Assembly (NCBI RefSeq): GCF_036321535.1
Contig: NC_087436.1
Coordinates: 119,722,001-119,786,000 of the forward strand
Direction: 5' to 3'
From: Camelus dromedarius
Lineage: Eukaryota
DNA: 64,000 nt
This document shows positions 47,259-57,740 of the stretch, one piece after another. A program made the position numbers and the translations under genes. The notes beneath the pieces are model-generated. The model was not told the origin of the DNA, searched no databases, and saw nothing but the letters and a program-made list of their open reading frames with translations. The stretch's first letter is position 1. Each line of letters begins with the position of its first letter.

Positions 47259-47735
47259 CACCATCATCCCCACCACCACCGTCATCCCCACCATCACAAT
47301 CACCGCCGTTATCAACATCAGCACAATCATCACCACCATCCTCATCACATCTTAATCACCACCATCATCACCATCTATATCACCATCCTCAGCCTCATCA
47401 CCATTAACATCACCACCAATATCACAGTCACCACCACCATCATCACCATCAGCATCACCCTCATCATCACCCCCACCACTACTGTCATTACCATCCTCAT
47501 CNNNNNNNNNNNNNNNNNNNNNNNNNNNNNNNNNNNNNNNNNNNNNNNNNNNNNNNNNNNNNNNNNNNNNNNNNNNNNNNNNNNNNNNNNNNNNNNNNNN
47601 NNNNNNNNNNNNNNNNNNNNNNNNNNNNNNNNNNNNNNNNNNNNNNNNNNNNCCTCATCGTCATCACTGTCACCGTCTTAATCACCCCCACCCCCCAAAT
47701 CTTCATAATCACCCCCACCACCACCTGCATAACTT
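47259..47735. repeat. Degenerate (CAC/CAT)n trinucleotide array containing the gap
   Basis: Repeated cac/cat units on both sides of the N run. Confidence 0.95.
47502..47652. other. Assembly gap (151 N)
   Basis: Run of N characters. Confidence 1.
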
Positions 47736-48259
47736 GTGAAGCCTTACGCACAGGCTGTGGAGTGGAATCCGGGTGGAGCATGGCCTTGTTAGCAGTAGGT
47801 GCCTCGTACACCCTGGCTAACCGTAGATCAGCTGGGTTTAATTGTGGGTGTCTTTCTTTCCACGTGGGAATATTCTGGGGTTTATTTGGACAGGGAAATG
47901 CACCTGTCTTCATGGGGACATTTGGTTCTTGTTTCTTTCAGTGTGATAAAAGCAATGGGACGGACTTTTCTATGGGCTGGATCCGGAGTCCCTGGAGATC
48001 ATAACTTGTCAACATGGTGTGCTGTCAGGTGGCGGCCAGCTGCTGCCAGGCTGGGGAGGACCTCTGGTGGTGTCTCTCACTGCAGGTGCTCCATTTCTGG
48101 ACTGTCTCTGTCTCTTGCTCAGGTCAACGCACAAGGATTTAGCAAAGGGTCAGGCCAAGAAGGAATTGCTGCAGTAACATTTTCTCGCCCTTTGAGAATG
48201 GATTTTGCTTAATTCTGTCTACAAAACAGAATGAAAGTCAGGGGTGGTGAACTTACCTT

Positions 48260-48650
48260 GGCTGGAGCACCTGCTACATGCCCGACCTTGATTTCTTGGG
48301 CCTGGCAGTGACCATTAGGGCCAGTGTTGTCAGCTCCATTTTACAGAAGAGAAACCTTAGGTCACCGGGCTCGGGAACCTTACCCGATGGTACGCAGTGA
48401 GTACGAGACGGAGCCTGGGTTCACAAGCGTTCTCACGAACGACACTTCTGTCTCCTGCTGCACTCAAGGTCCCGGGCAGAAGGGGTAGGTGAACCCTGCT
48501 CCGGAGCCAGCCCACCTGCATTCAAATTCCAGCTCTGCAGTGTCCGAGCTGCACGCTTCATAGTCTTTCTGTGCCTCTGAAATCTCATCGCGGGAGTGGG
48601 CTGGGGCTTGCCCCGCCTGGTAGGTTGCTGAAGGGCTTTGACGAGTAATT
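48260..48650. mobile_element. Two MIR fragments (antisense, then sense)
   Basis: ccattttacagaagagaaacc; attcaaattccagctctgc...tttctgtgcctc. Confidence 0.6.
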
Positions 48651-48699
48651 CACTAACTCAGGGACGTCTGCTGCAATTCGTGCCACCACCACAGAGGTG

Positions 48700-49140
48700 A
48701 GAGCTGCATGGAACCAAGGCAGGCAGAGTTTTTGAGCCGTGATGAAAGCAGTGAGGGGCCACGGATGGGACCCTGATCATATTGGCATTCTGGAAACATG
48801 GCCCTGGCTGCTGTGTGGGGGAGGGGGAAGGAGGAGGCCCAGGTGTCCCCTTGAGGACCGCAGAGAGCTGCAGTGGTCCAGAGGAGGATGGAGGCTCCCT
48901 CTGGAGTGACGTCTGCAGAGCGGGAGGGAAGCGGAGGGTGTGGGGGAGATGAGAATGGATGGGAATTGGTGGTAACTTGGGCATGGGGCGGGGGGAGGGG
49001 GAGGACCCTAGGCTTTTGTTTGGGGCGCCTGGATGGATGGTACTGCAGCCTGAGATGGGGGCCTGGACAGGGCTGGGCTTGGGACATCTGATGAGGTCAG
49101 GAGTTCCATTTTGGATGTGGTGGTCAGTGGCTTTCAAATG
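48700..49140 (-). mobile_element. L2 internal fragment
   Basis: ggaaacatggccctggctgctgtgtggg; ctaggcttttgtttggggcgcctggatggatggtac; ggagttccattttggatgtg. Confidence 0.65.
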
Positions 49141-50559
49141 TTTTTAAGATCCAGAACCATTTCCTCGAAAAGGATCTCAAATGGAGCCTAAAAGGTAAAA
49201 CAGGGACAGCTGGGATCACTTTGTTTGACGCGGTGTGAGGGCTGTTGTCCCCACCCGCTGGCCCCGCGCATGGGCGTGGTGGAGCCCCAGGCCCCTGGGG
49301 CGGGGCTTGGGACCCCAGGTGTGTGGGCAGTTTGTGGCCCTGGGAACCTGACAGACCTGCTATTCGCTGTCATGCTTGCGGCAGCCAGGGCTCCGTTACT
49401 GATAATAGACGACGTGGACGGCTTTGCCGGTGCTCCACGGAGGAGAGAACCAGTCACCTTCTCAGCAGGTGTCACATACGTCCACAGCCACCCCTGTCTG
49501 CCTTACTTGGCAGGGACACGGATGCGGCTGCCAGGGTTGGCCTCTCCCCTGCCATCAGACAAAGCACGCCCGGGGCTGTCGGTGTGGTTTGCGGTCGACA
49601 GGTACAGGAAGTGGGCTCTCTGTCCCTGGGTCTCGTTTGTCACCGTGACGTCCATCAGCACAGGCACGCAAGTCTCTGCCCGAGGCAAACGCAGAGGGTC
49701 GGGCTTGGGTGAGGCCCGTCTGAGCATCCCTGCTCCCTTGTCCTCAGCATCTCCTGTCCTGCTGTGGACGGGTGGGAAAGGCGGGCAGCCTCCCTTCAAC
49801 CTTGCTCTTCTTATCTTCCTGCCCTTCCCTCCTCCGCTTCCTTGTCTCTGAGACGTCGTCCATGCCCCTCACCCTGGCAGCTCCAGCCTTTGTCACCATC
49901 GGTGGGCTGTGTGCTCCCTCGTCTGGGCTGGTTGTCCACCTCCCCCGAGATGGTCTGTTCTGCGGGGCCCGGGGTCTGGTCCCCTGCTGTGTCCCCAGCA
50001 CAGAGCCGGGCGCATGGCAGGTCCTCAGTCTTACTTCATTCGTTTGTTCACTTATTCTCTGAAGCATTTATTGAGGTCACAGTTGGGGAGCCACTGGGTT
50101 GAGCCTGCCAATCCCTTTTTATAGTTTGGGAAGCTGTGGCCCAGGCCACTGGGAGATGAGGGGAGACCTTGGCTCAAGTCCATGAGCAGGTTAATGGCAG
50201 AGCTTGACCCAGCTGCAGGGACTTAAAGTCACAGAAGCAATCTTCTAGGGAGGATGTAATTTGTGCATCCAGGTTCCCAATCCAGCTGCCCCAGAGTAGG
50301 TGGTAATCCTTTCCAAGCTGCAGCGGATGTTAGAAGAGCCCCAAGATCTCCACGGAGTGTCAGCTCCCTGGACACTTCTACCTCAGGCTGCATTAATAGA
50401 AGCATAGGGGCTAAGGCAAGGGAGGTGATAGTCTATTGTACTTTGCAATGACCTGACTACACCGTGAATACTGTTCAGGTGAGAGGGGTGGTGACAGTTT
50501 TCTGGGTGTCCAGAACCCAGTGGCCGGAATGGAGAACCAGCAAATTCGTAAACACAGCT

Positions 50560-50700
50560 GTGAGGCACAGACCACTGGGCTCTGATAGCCTGGGCTTGAG
50601 TTTCTTTTCTGCGACTTGCTAGCTATGTGACCTTGGGCAAGTTCCTTAACCTCTCTGAGCCACAAGTTCCTCTTCTGTAAAATAGGAAAGATTTTATCTA
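50560..50700 (+). mobile_element. MIR
   Basis: ctagctatgtgaccttgggcaagttccttaacctctctgagcc...ttctgtaaaatagga. Confidence 0.85.
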
Positions 50701-51569
50701 TGCTGCAGAGTCATTGGAGAATGAAAAAATAATGTCTTTGTGGAGGTGGCTAACACAGTAACAGGGTTCAGGGCACAACAGAACACGGTGGTTGCTGGGT
50801 GCATTGTGTACCCCTGCCGCCCTTCTGGCCTTGGGATTTGGTTGTTCAGGCCAAGTGTCTGCAAACCGCTGACAGACCCCGGTGCATGTGCGCTCGGGAG
50901 GCAGCGTTGGCTCTGACACTTGCTAGGAAATTGCTTATTATGGGCCTGTGAAAGCGTGCATTGACTTCACGCAGCTTATTTTTAAATAAATTTGGGGGAG
51001 TGGGAAAACAAAAAGAGACAATTTAAAAAGAACACTCTCCAAGCATAATGAAGGCTTTGGCAGGGCCCCAAACCTGCCCCCGAATCCCAGCTCCAGAGCG
51101 CAAGCCGGTGATAGACACCTCTGCCCGCCTGCCTTCCCACGCCACCCGGGGCTGTGTGTCAGCTGCGTGTGCCGCTTTGCCTCTGAACGGTGGAGCGTCC
51201 TACGGCCCTAAATGCTCCACTCTGGGCTGCGTGAAGGTTTACGGGGCACTGGAGAGCAGCTAAAGTACTGAAGGACCCCTCTGTTTGCAAAGGGCCTGTG
51301 AGCCGTCACTGCCCACCCTGGATTACGTGTCCCCTGTTCACAAGGCGGCGGTGGGGGGGGGGGGGCGGGGGCGTGTAGGGGACCTGGCCTCCTGGGGGAG
51401 ATGTCAGACTCACCTTCAGGGCCGGGTCCTGACCCGGCCTGGGTGCAGCCCCTGAAAAGTCTCCCCCACTGAGGACCACCCCTTGGTTCTTAACGTCAGG
51501 CCAGATCGTATCCCCTAGATGGTTTGCAAGAGGTGACTCTTGGTCCCCGAAGCAGCTTTTAAGGATGAA

Positions 51570-51700
51570 ATTGGCCAAGTGCAAGTGAATCTCCCTCTCT
51601 TGGCCCTGGTTTCCTCATCTATAAAATTGGTATAGTGATGACAATAATAAAAACCGAAGTGCTGGGATAATGCAGGGAAGCCTCAGTACAGCCAGCGTGA
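51570..51700 (+). mobile_element. MIR fragment
   Basis: ctggtttcctcatctataaaattggtatagtgatgac. Confidence 0.6.
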
Positions 51701-52240
51701 GCAGGCCACGCGGGGGGGTGCCTGCTGGGTGCCCGGCCCAGACAGGCAGGCTGCGCCTTCCTTTCAGATCAACCCCTTCGGTGCCCAGGAAGGGCCTGGG
51801 GGAGGCTGTGCCCAAAGGGCATACACCTCGCTCGAGGTCGCCAGCTTCTAATGTCTGAGCTGGAATAGGAGCCCTGACCTCCAGCCAGAGCTGTGTTCAT
51901 GGCGCCAGAAGGGCCCAGAAACACTTAGGGCGGCTGCAGGGTCTTTCTTCTATTTTGATGTGTGAGCCTGGGCAGAGGGCAGGGGCGCTGTGCCCCCAAG
52001 GTGCCTGCTCTGAGTGTGCAGCTTGGCGCCAGCAAGGAGGAGGCAGGGGGAAGTCTGGGTTCAGAGGCCAGACTGGTCTGTCTGGGAGCTTTGTCATTGC
52101 TGTCCTCGATAATGGCTCGTAACGAGGCTGAGATAGAATTAACGACCCGAGTAAAACTATTTAAAGTTAGGGTCCTTGGCAGCTTGGTGGACTCATTTTT
52201 TTATTGAAAAATTATACATCAACACTATCGAAGCTTTCCC

Positions 52241-52453
52241 TATAAGGAAACAAGGTCACCCCGCGCCACCAGGCGGCTGCACTCCTCTTCGAGTGGCCCG
52301 TTCGGGTCTCGCAGGCGCGGCTGGTGTGGCCGGGCTGCGGCCGCGTGCCCGGGCTGTCTCCTGCCTGTTCGTTGCTTACCCGACCCCCGTGCTGTCCCGC
52401 AGCCCCCGTGACCGTCCTCGTGCGCGTCCTCTGTGGTGTATCTCTGGGTAAGT
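52241..52453 (+). promoter_or_regulatory. Candidate TATA promoter, micro CpG island and non-coding first exon ending at donor 52447/52448
   Basis: TATAAG 52241; CCA about 30 nt downstream (52271); 23 CpG counted in 52261-52430; TGG|GTAAGT donor. Confidence 0.45.
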
Positions 52454-54804
52454 CATCTGAGTTCTGTTTGCCCAGTGCCTTCTGGCTGGAGACTGCGGCT
52501 GCTCGCTTTTGTCCTGCCTTATCCAGGGCCAAGTCCTGCTGCGGTGCACACGGCCTGTCACTTCCTCTGCTCATCACCAGGGTCTCTGTCCCTCCTTTCT
52601 CTGTCCGCCTACCTGGTGCAGGCCACCCTGTCTCCCCTCCCTGGCGTCTCCACTCCAGGCACCTGCTTGGGGCTTTGTTCTGACTTGGGGGCCTCTGCTG
52701 GGTCTTGTGGCATCCTCCTCCTCCTCTTTCTCCCAGCTCTGGGGACTCCTGGAGGCAAGAACAGGGCTTCCCTGCACCGAGCAGTGCCAGGTGTTTGCCG
52801 AACATTCTTGGTGCCTCCTGCTGAGAATCGGGCTTTTTGTCCCGAGGTCCACGGCATCCTCTGGACCCTTCTGCTGTGCCCACCTGTGTACCGACTACAG
52901 ATTCTGAGGGCACAGGGCCCGCATTCCCACCACCACCACATTCTGAGACCGGCAGGGCCCCGTCCTGCAGGCTGATGGCTCACTCCTTTGAACCTGGAGC
53001 ATCTCTGAAGTTCCCTCCTCTGTCCTCCTTGAGAACCTCATGACACATTCCTGGTTTCCATGGCGATGTCATTTTCCATTCTGACAGCTCTCAAGAGAGA
53101 TTATAAATTCATTATTTCACACTTAAGTCTTGAACTCCGCCTTCTTCAGCCTCCAGGTTTCGGTGTCTTGGTAGGACTCTATTCATGTATTATCTGAGGG
53201 GAAAAAAACGGGTTGAGTCGGAGGCTGGGTTATTCCTTCTCCCTGGGGCCCTAGGATCTCTGTGTGCACAGAGGAGCCTGGACCCCGTGAAAGGCCGGTG
53301 TTGGCAATTTGAAATTCCCTGTGTGCGGCACGGGCTCGGGAGCTGTGGGTTGTAATCACGTGCAGATGAGCTGAGCTGCCGTGAAGCCACCTGTACACAG
53401 GCCCTGGGAGTCTCGGAGGTGGGGGTGCCATCAGCTCGCATTGGGTCCCCATCCCCGCTGGTCACTCAGTAGCTTGTTTTCCCTGAATTTCTCCCATTGC
53501 AGTGGAAACTGGCTGCAGCAACAGGATGCCTCCCAGACCCCTGGGTACTGGTTCCCAGTGACGTGGCCTGACCCACCCGTCTTCTGCTTCTTTCTGCATG
53601 CTTCCTGGCCCAGTTCACCTCGGACCCTGTATGGCCTAGCGCCTGCTGAGGCCAGGGCTGGCGTCGCGGTGGCCATTGAGGCCCAAGGTCCCTAATCACT
53701 GAGCAACCCGCGCTTTGCAGTTTGCGTTCAGCAGCAGTCCCTGCAGTGCTGCGTCCCCTCCCTGACAGGGACACAGGCTTGGGTCTCTGTTGTCACCCTG
53801 ACTGTGCAGTGGCCTGTGCTCCTGCCCGCGTCTCTGACTGGAGGAAGGGCCTTGAGCCGGGACACCCTGACCCCAGCTCCCCTTACGGTGGGATGTCATC
53901 CTTGGGTTGGAGCTTTATTGCAGACATACCGAAAGATCCCAAATCCGGACTGGGATGGGAGGGACCCTCAGAGGGAAATGTCAGACCAAGTCCATCTGTC
54001 GCCAGGCTCCTGGCGTGGCAGTGAGGAACGACAGTGTGTGGGGTGGGTCCTGGCACACGGGAGGGGGAAGGGCCTGAGAGGCCGCCCGGTCCAGCTCCGG
54101 CTCTCGCGAACCCCCTGCACACCTTGTCCAGGCGTCTGCTTGCTTGTCCCCAGAGGGGAGGAGCTCACTCCTCTGCTCACGGGGAAACTCGGCCTCAGGT
54201 GGGGCGTCTGTGTTTTTTCCTACCTCTGAGTCAAGCGTGGGGATGTGGAATCATCACATGGGGGTGCTGGGTGTTTGTATCAGTGTCTCATTCAGATGAT
54301 AAATGGAAAAGTTCCGGAAGCATCGAGGCCAGCTCCATGGGCTTCTGTCTTAGTTCATGAAAACTCCCATGTTTTCACTGGCGGGGCACTGCTGTGTGAT
54401 TTTGGATGTGAGGGCTTGCCAGGGCCAGCCTTTGGGGATTGGGTCCAGTTCTGGTGAACAGTGGTGGTGAGCACGAGGGGACCCCAAGCTCCACCACCTC
54501 GGTTTGCACAGAGGAGCGTCACAGTTCTGGCCAGCCTGCCCAGAACAGCCTGGGCCAGCCTAGTGGAAATGGCATAGCAGCCACAACAAAAACACTAACA
54601 AGGCAGCCCACAGCATCGCACATTTCAACCACACTGCCATTTAAACCACCCACCCGCCCAAGAATCGTTAGAGGCAACTGAGGCTCTGGGACGGCCAGAA
54701 CACTGTGAGAGCCCACAGGGTGGGTGGGGGCAGCAAGACGTGTCCAATTTCGTGCGGGTGGACCTGGCCGGCCCGTTGGTCTCATTCAAGCCCCTTTCTC
54801 ATCA

Positions 54805-54960
54805 GTTGCTTGGTGTCTGTGTGCCAGTTACTTAACTTCTCTGAGCACCAGCTGTAACTGGGGATAATAGTACCTCATCACAGGGTTGTTATGAAGATCA
54901 GTTTAGGCAAACGCTTATAACTTAGAGATCTCCGGATAAATGTTTGTGATGTAAACACAA
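54805..54960 (+). mobile_element. MIR
   Basis: cagttacttaacttctctgagc...ggggataatagtacctcatcacagggttgttatgaagatc. Confidence 0.75.
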
Positions 54961-55499
54961 GAGTCAGGTGATTGTGAGAATTCAATGCGAGAAGATTCAA
55001 AGCAATTGGAGGCAATCCTCTGCACATAGTAGGAGCGCAGTTGGATAGCTGAGTCTGCGTCTCTGGCCATCTCATGCCCATCTGCACACAGCTCTGTAAC
55101 TGTGCGCAGCTGTACCAAACATGACCCCTTGGGGCATAGAATTTCCCCCCAGGTTGTAAATACAAAGCATGCTTATTACAGAAAAACCTGCAAGTGTGAG
55201 GAAGAGAAAACAGTTCCCTGACAAGCACCCTTACCCTCGGACACCCTTCTGTCTGGTTCGCTTTCTGCGCGTGTCTGTGTGTCTGTGCCCATGTCTCTGT
55301 GGGTTCGTATGTAGGTATGTGGGCATGATGTTTTTGACAGTTACACGGAGCGACATTCCCAGATAGTTTATCAGGAGTTTGCTGCTCCTCCACTGGGTCC
55401 TGGCCCTGCACCAGGGCTGGGATCGGAACATGGGTACGGGTCATGGTTGTTGCCTTCAAAGAGTTCGCAGTGTCGTGGAGGAAACAGACACGCAGATTT

Positions 55500-56000
55500 T
55501 CAGTGTGCTTGTGAAAGTGCAGGGAGGACCTGCTGTGTGTAGAATTTCAAATAATTTTTATAATTTTGCGTCATATTATCTCGAATCGCTGTTTGTCTCT
55601 ATTCCCGTGATTTGTTTGCTGATTGAGTTAAATGGTTAAGCTACAGTTTATTCACCCAATAGCTGCTGCTTCTGCTTGCTGTTTGAAGTAAATAGTGCCG
55701 AGATGACACACGGATACAGATTTGAATGCTGACAAGCAGACATGTTAGTCCAGCCCCAAAGCTGGAGACAGTGATGGGCTGACAGATCAGACCTTCTGCC
55801 AAGGGTCTGAACCTCGTGGAAGGAAGGCACTCACAAAGCCACATGGCCATGGTCTCAGCTGGATCTCTACTGACATTTATCACTTCAGTTTCCCATCTGA
55901 CAGCCGAGACCGCATCTTGACGCATGTTGAAATCGTTCTGCCAAATTTGCCCCGTCATTAACTTTCAATCACTGTTAATTTTAGCCAGGGCTCTTAATTT
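55500..56000. promoter_or_regulatory. Putative conserved non-coding element with a TALE (PBX/MEIS) motif cluster
   Basis: TGATTGA 55620, TGACAG 55780 and 55898, TCAATCA 55965; AT-rich and repeat-free. Confidence 0.45.
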
Positions 56001-56406
56001 AAGTTTTTTGTCTTTGTCAAGTTGATGGAGATGGGTCTGCTTTTGGCCCTGGTGTGATGGTGGCAGGGCACTCCTTCACCCAGGACGGTAGAACGCCCTC
56101 CGACACAGCTGGCGATGAAATGCCAAGCTGGTGATTTAACTAAATCGGCTCAGGAAGTTTACATGTGGAGCCTGATTTGACAGGTCTGTTCTGTAACAAG
56201 TCACCCCTGTGAGTGGCAGCATCCTGTCTCGTGTACATAAGGGACAATCCTGCCAGATGTTCCCATCCTCACCCTTAGGAGGAAGACACAGTGACTCCAC
56301 CCTGGGGAGCGCTTGTAAATTAGATTTCGAAAATAGAACCCAACCCTTCCGCCATCTTCCCCTCTCCAAACAGGTTGCCAATATATGCGTTTCCACAATG
56401 AAGGAT

Positions 56407-56444
56407 ACACACACACACACGCACACGTGTATATATATATATAT
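56407..56444. repeat. Compound (AC)n/(TA)n microsatellite
   Basis: acacacacacacac gcacac gtg tatatatatatatat. Confidence 0.9.
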
Positions 56445-56956
56445 TTCCCTCTGCTTTTAGCTAAAATTCCTTAGACTGACCTGAAATTTTTAGAGAAGCA
56501 GGCTCATGTTTATTTATTACAGGTATATTTATGTTAAATACAAGTGTGGGAAGCTGGTGGCTCTTCTTGGCCGTGAAAATGAAACCAATTTGGTTGATGA
56601 AAATGACCTTGAAGGAAACTAACATCTCTGTTGAAATTGATTTGATTGCTTCTCTCCTGGCTGATGTTTATTATTGGGGAGTCCATTGAGGTAACTTAAA
56701 GCACCTATGGGGGGCGCCTTCCCTTCCCCACTCCTCAGAGAACTCCATGTGCCAGGCTTTGCGCATGGTGTCCCTGGGTTACTCCCAGTCTCCACCACCC
56801 TCTCCAGGCCCACTCCCTACCCAAACAATCCCGGACAGCTAAGAATTAACCCGGGTCTGTCTCACCCAAGCTTAGGCCCATTCTGTGACCATCTCATTGA
56901 GGGGAAAGGTCACGTTTCTTTTCTGGCCCTACTGTCCAGCATGGATGCAGATGGAT

Positions 56957-57001
56957 TCTTGGCATTTATAATTGATCTTGGCATTTATAATTGATCTTGG
57001 C
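56957..57001. repeat. Perfect 19-bp tandem duplication (2.4 copies)
   Basis: TCTTGGCATTTATAATTGA x2 + TCTTGGC. Confidence 0.95.
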
Positions 57002-57639
57002 TGAGACAGTCAGCAAAAGAGAGCCTCTTATCTGATCCCTCTCAATTTCCCAGTATCATACATAGACCGTCTTTGTCTGATCTGGTGTGATCAGTAGATT
57101 GCTCACATTTAAAGCAGGAGTGTGCAGTCATTGTGGAAGTCTGTTGCCCTGGGTCCCTGTGCCTGGGAGGGTGGCTGAGGCTGCCAGGTTGGAGGGAGGC
57201 AGATTGGAGAATGGACCAGCTCTCCACGTGGACTTGCTTTGAAAATAAGGACTCTCTGAGAAATCACATGCAGTCTGTGAGTTGCCCCCCAGTTTGTTGG
57301 TTTGCAGTGAGTTCGTGGGAGCTGGACAGCTTGAGTCCTGGGCAGGGAAGAGGGAGGACAGGACGGCTGTTGAGTGTCTCTAGGGTGACTCCGGGAGCAG
57401 ATGCAGCCTGTGTGGGCCCATGAGGCAGAGCTGGGACCGATGGGAGACAAGTTCAGCTAAAGATGAGGGGGGCTTTGGGAGGTGGGGAGCGCCCCATCCT
57501 ACGAGGTGTGCAAGCTAAAAGGCAGCTTGGCTGGGAAGCTGCAGCTATAGAGACATACATCCGCAGTGAGGCTTCATCCGCAGATGAGAGTTACAGGGTA
57601 TTAGCCTCCCCACTAAACAGTCTTCTCACAGCAGGTATG

Positions 57640-57740
57640 CAGAAATTACCGGAGTCCATTTTACAGATGGGATGCTGGAGGCTCGAGAGATGGGCAACTT
57701 GCCAGAGACTCGTAGCTAGAGCGGGACAGAACCTTGTAGA
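57640..57740 (-). mobile_element. MIR core
   Basis: ccattttacagatgggatgctggaggctcgagagatgggcaacttgccagag. Confidence 0.7.

Noticed and set aside
47223-47913. His/Thr/Ile-rich ORFs
   Set aside because: Translation of the (CAC/CAT)n repeat and the N gap.
49225-49851. 208-aa ORF containing the Walker-B-like LLIIDDVD
   Set aside because: No Walker A motif or other ATPase features; the rest is low-information, so this is a chance match.
52212-52975. 233-aa and 180-aa ORFs over the CpG patch
   Set aside because: No recognisable homology, and multiple frames are open on both strands. The CpG patch is better explained as regulatory.
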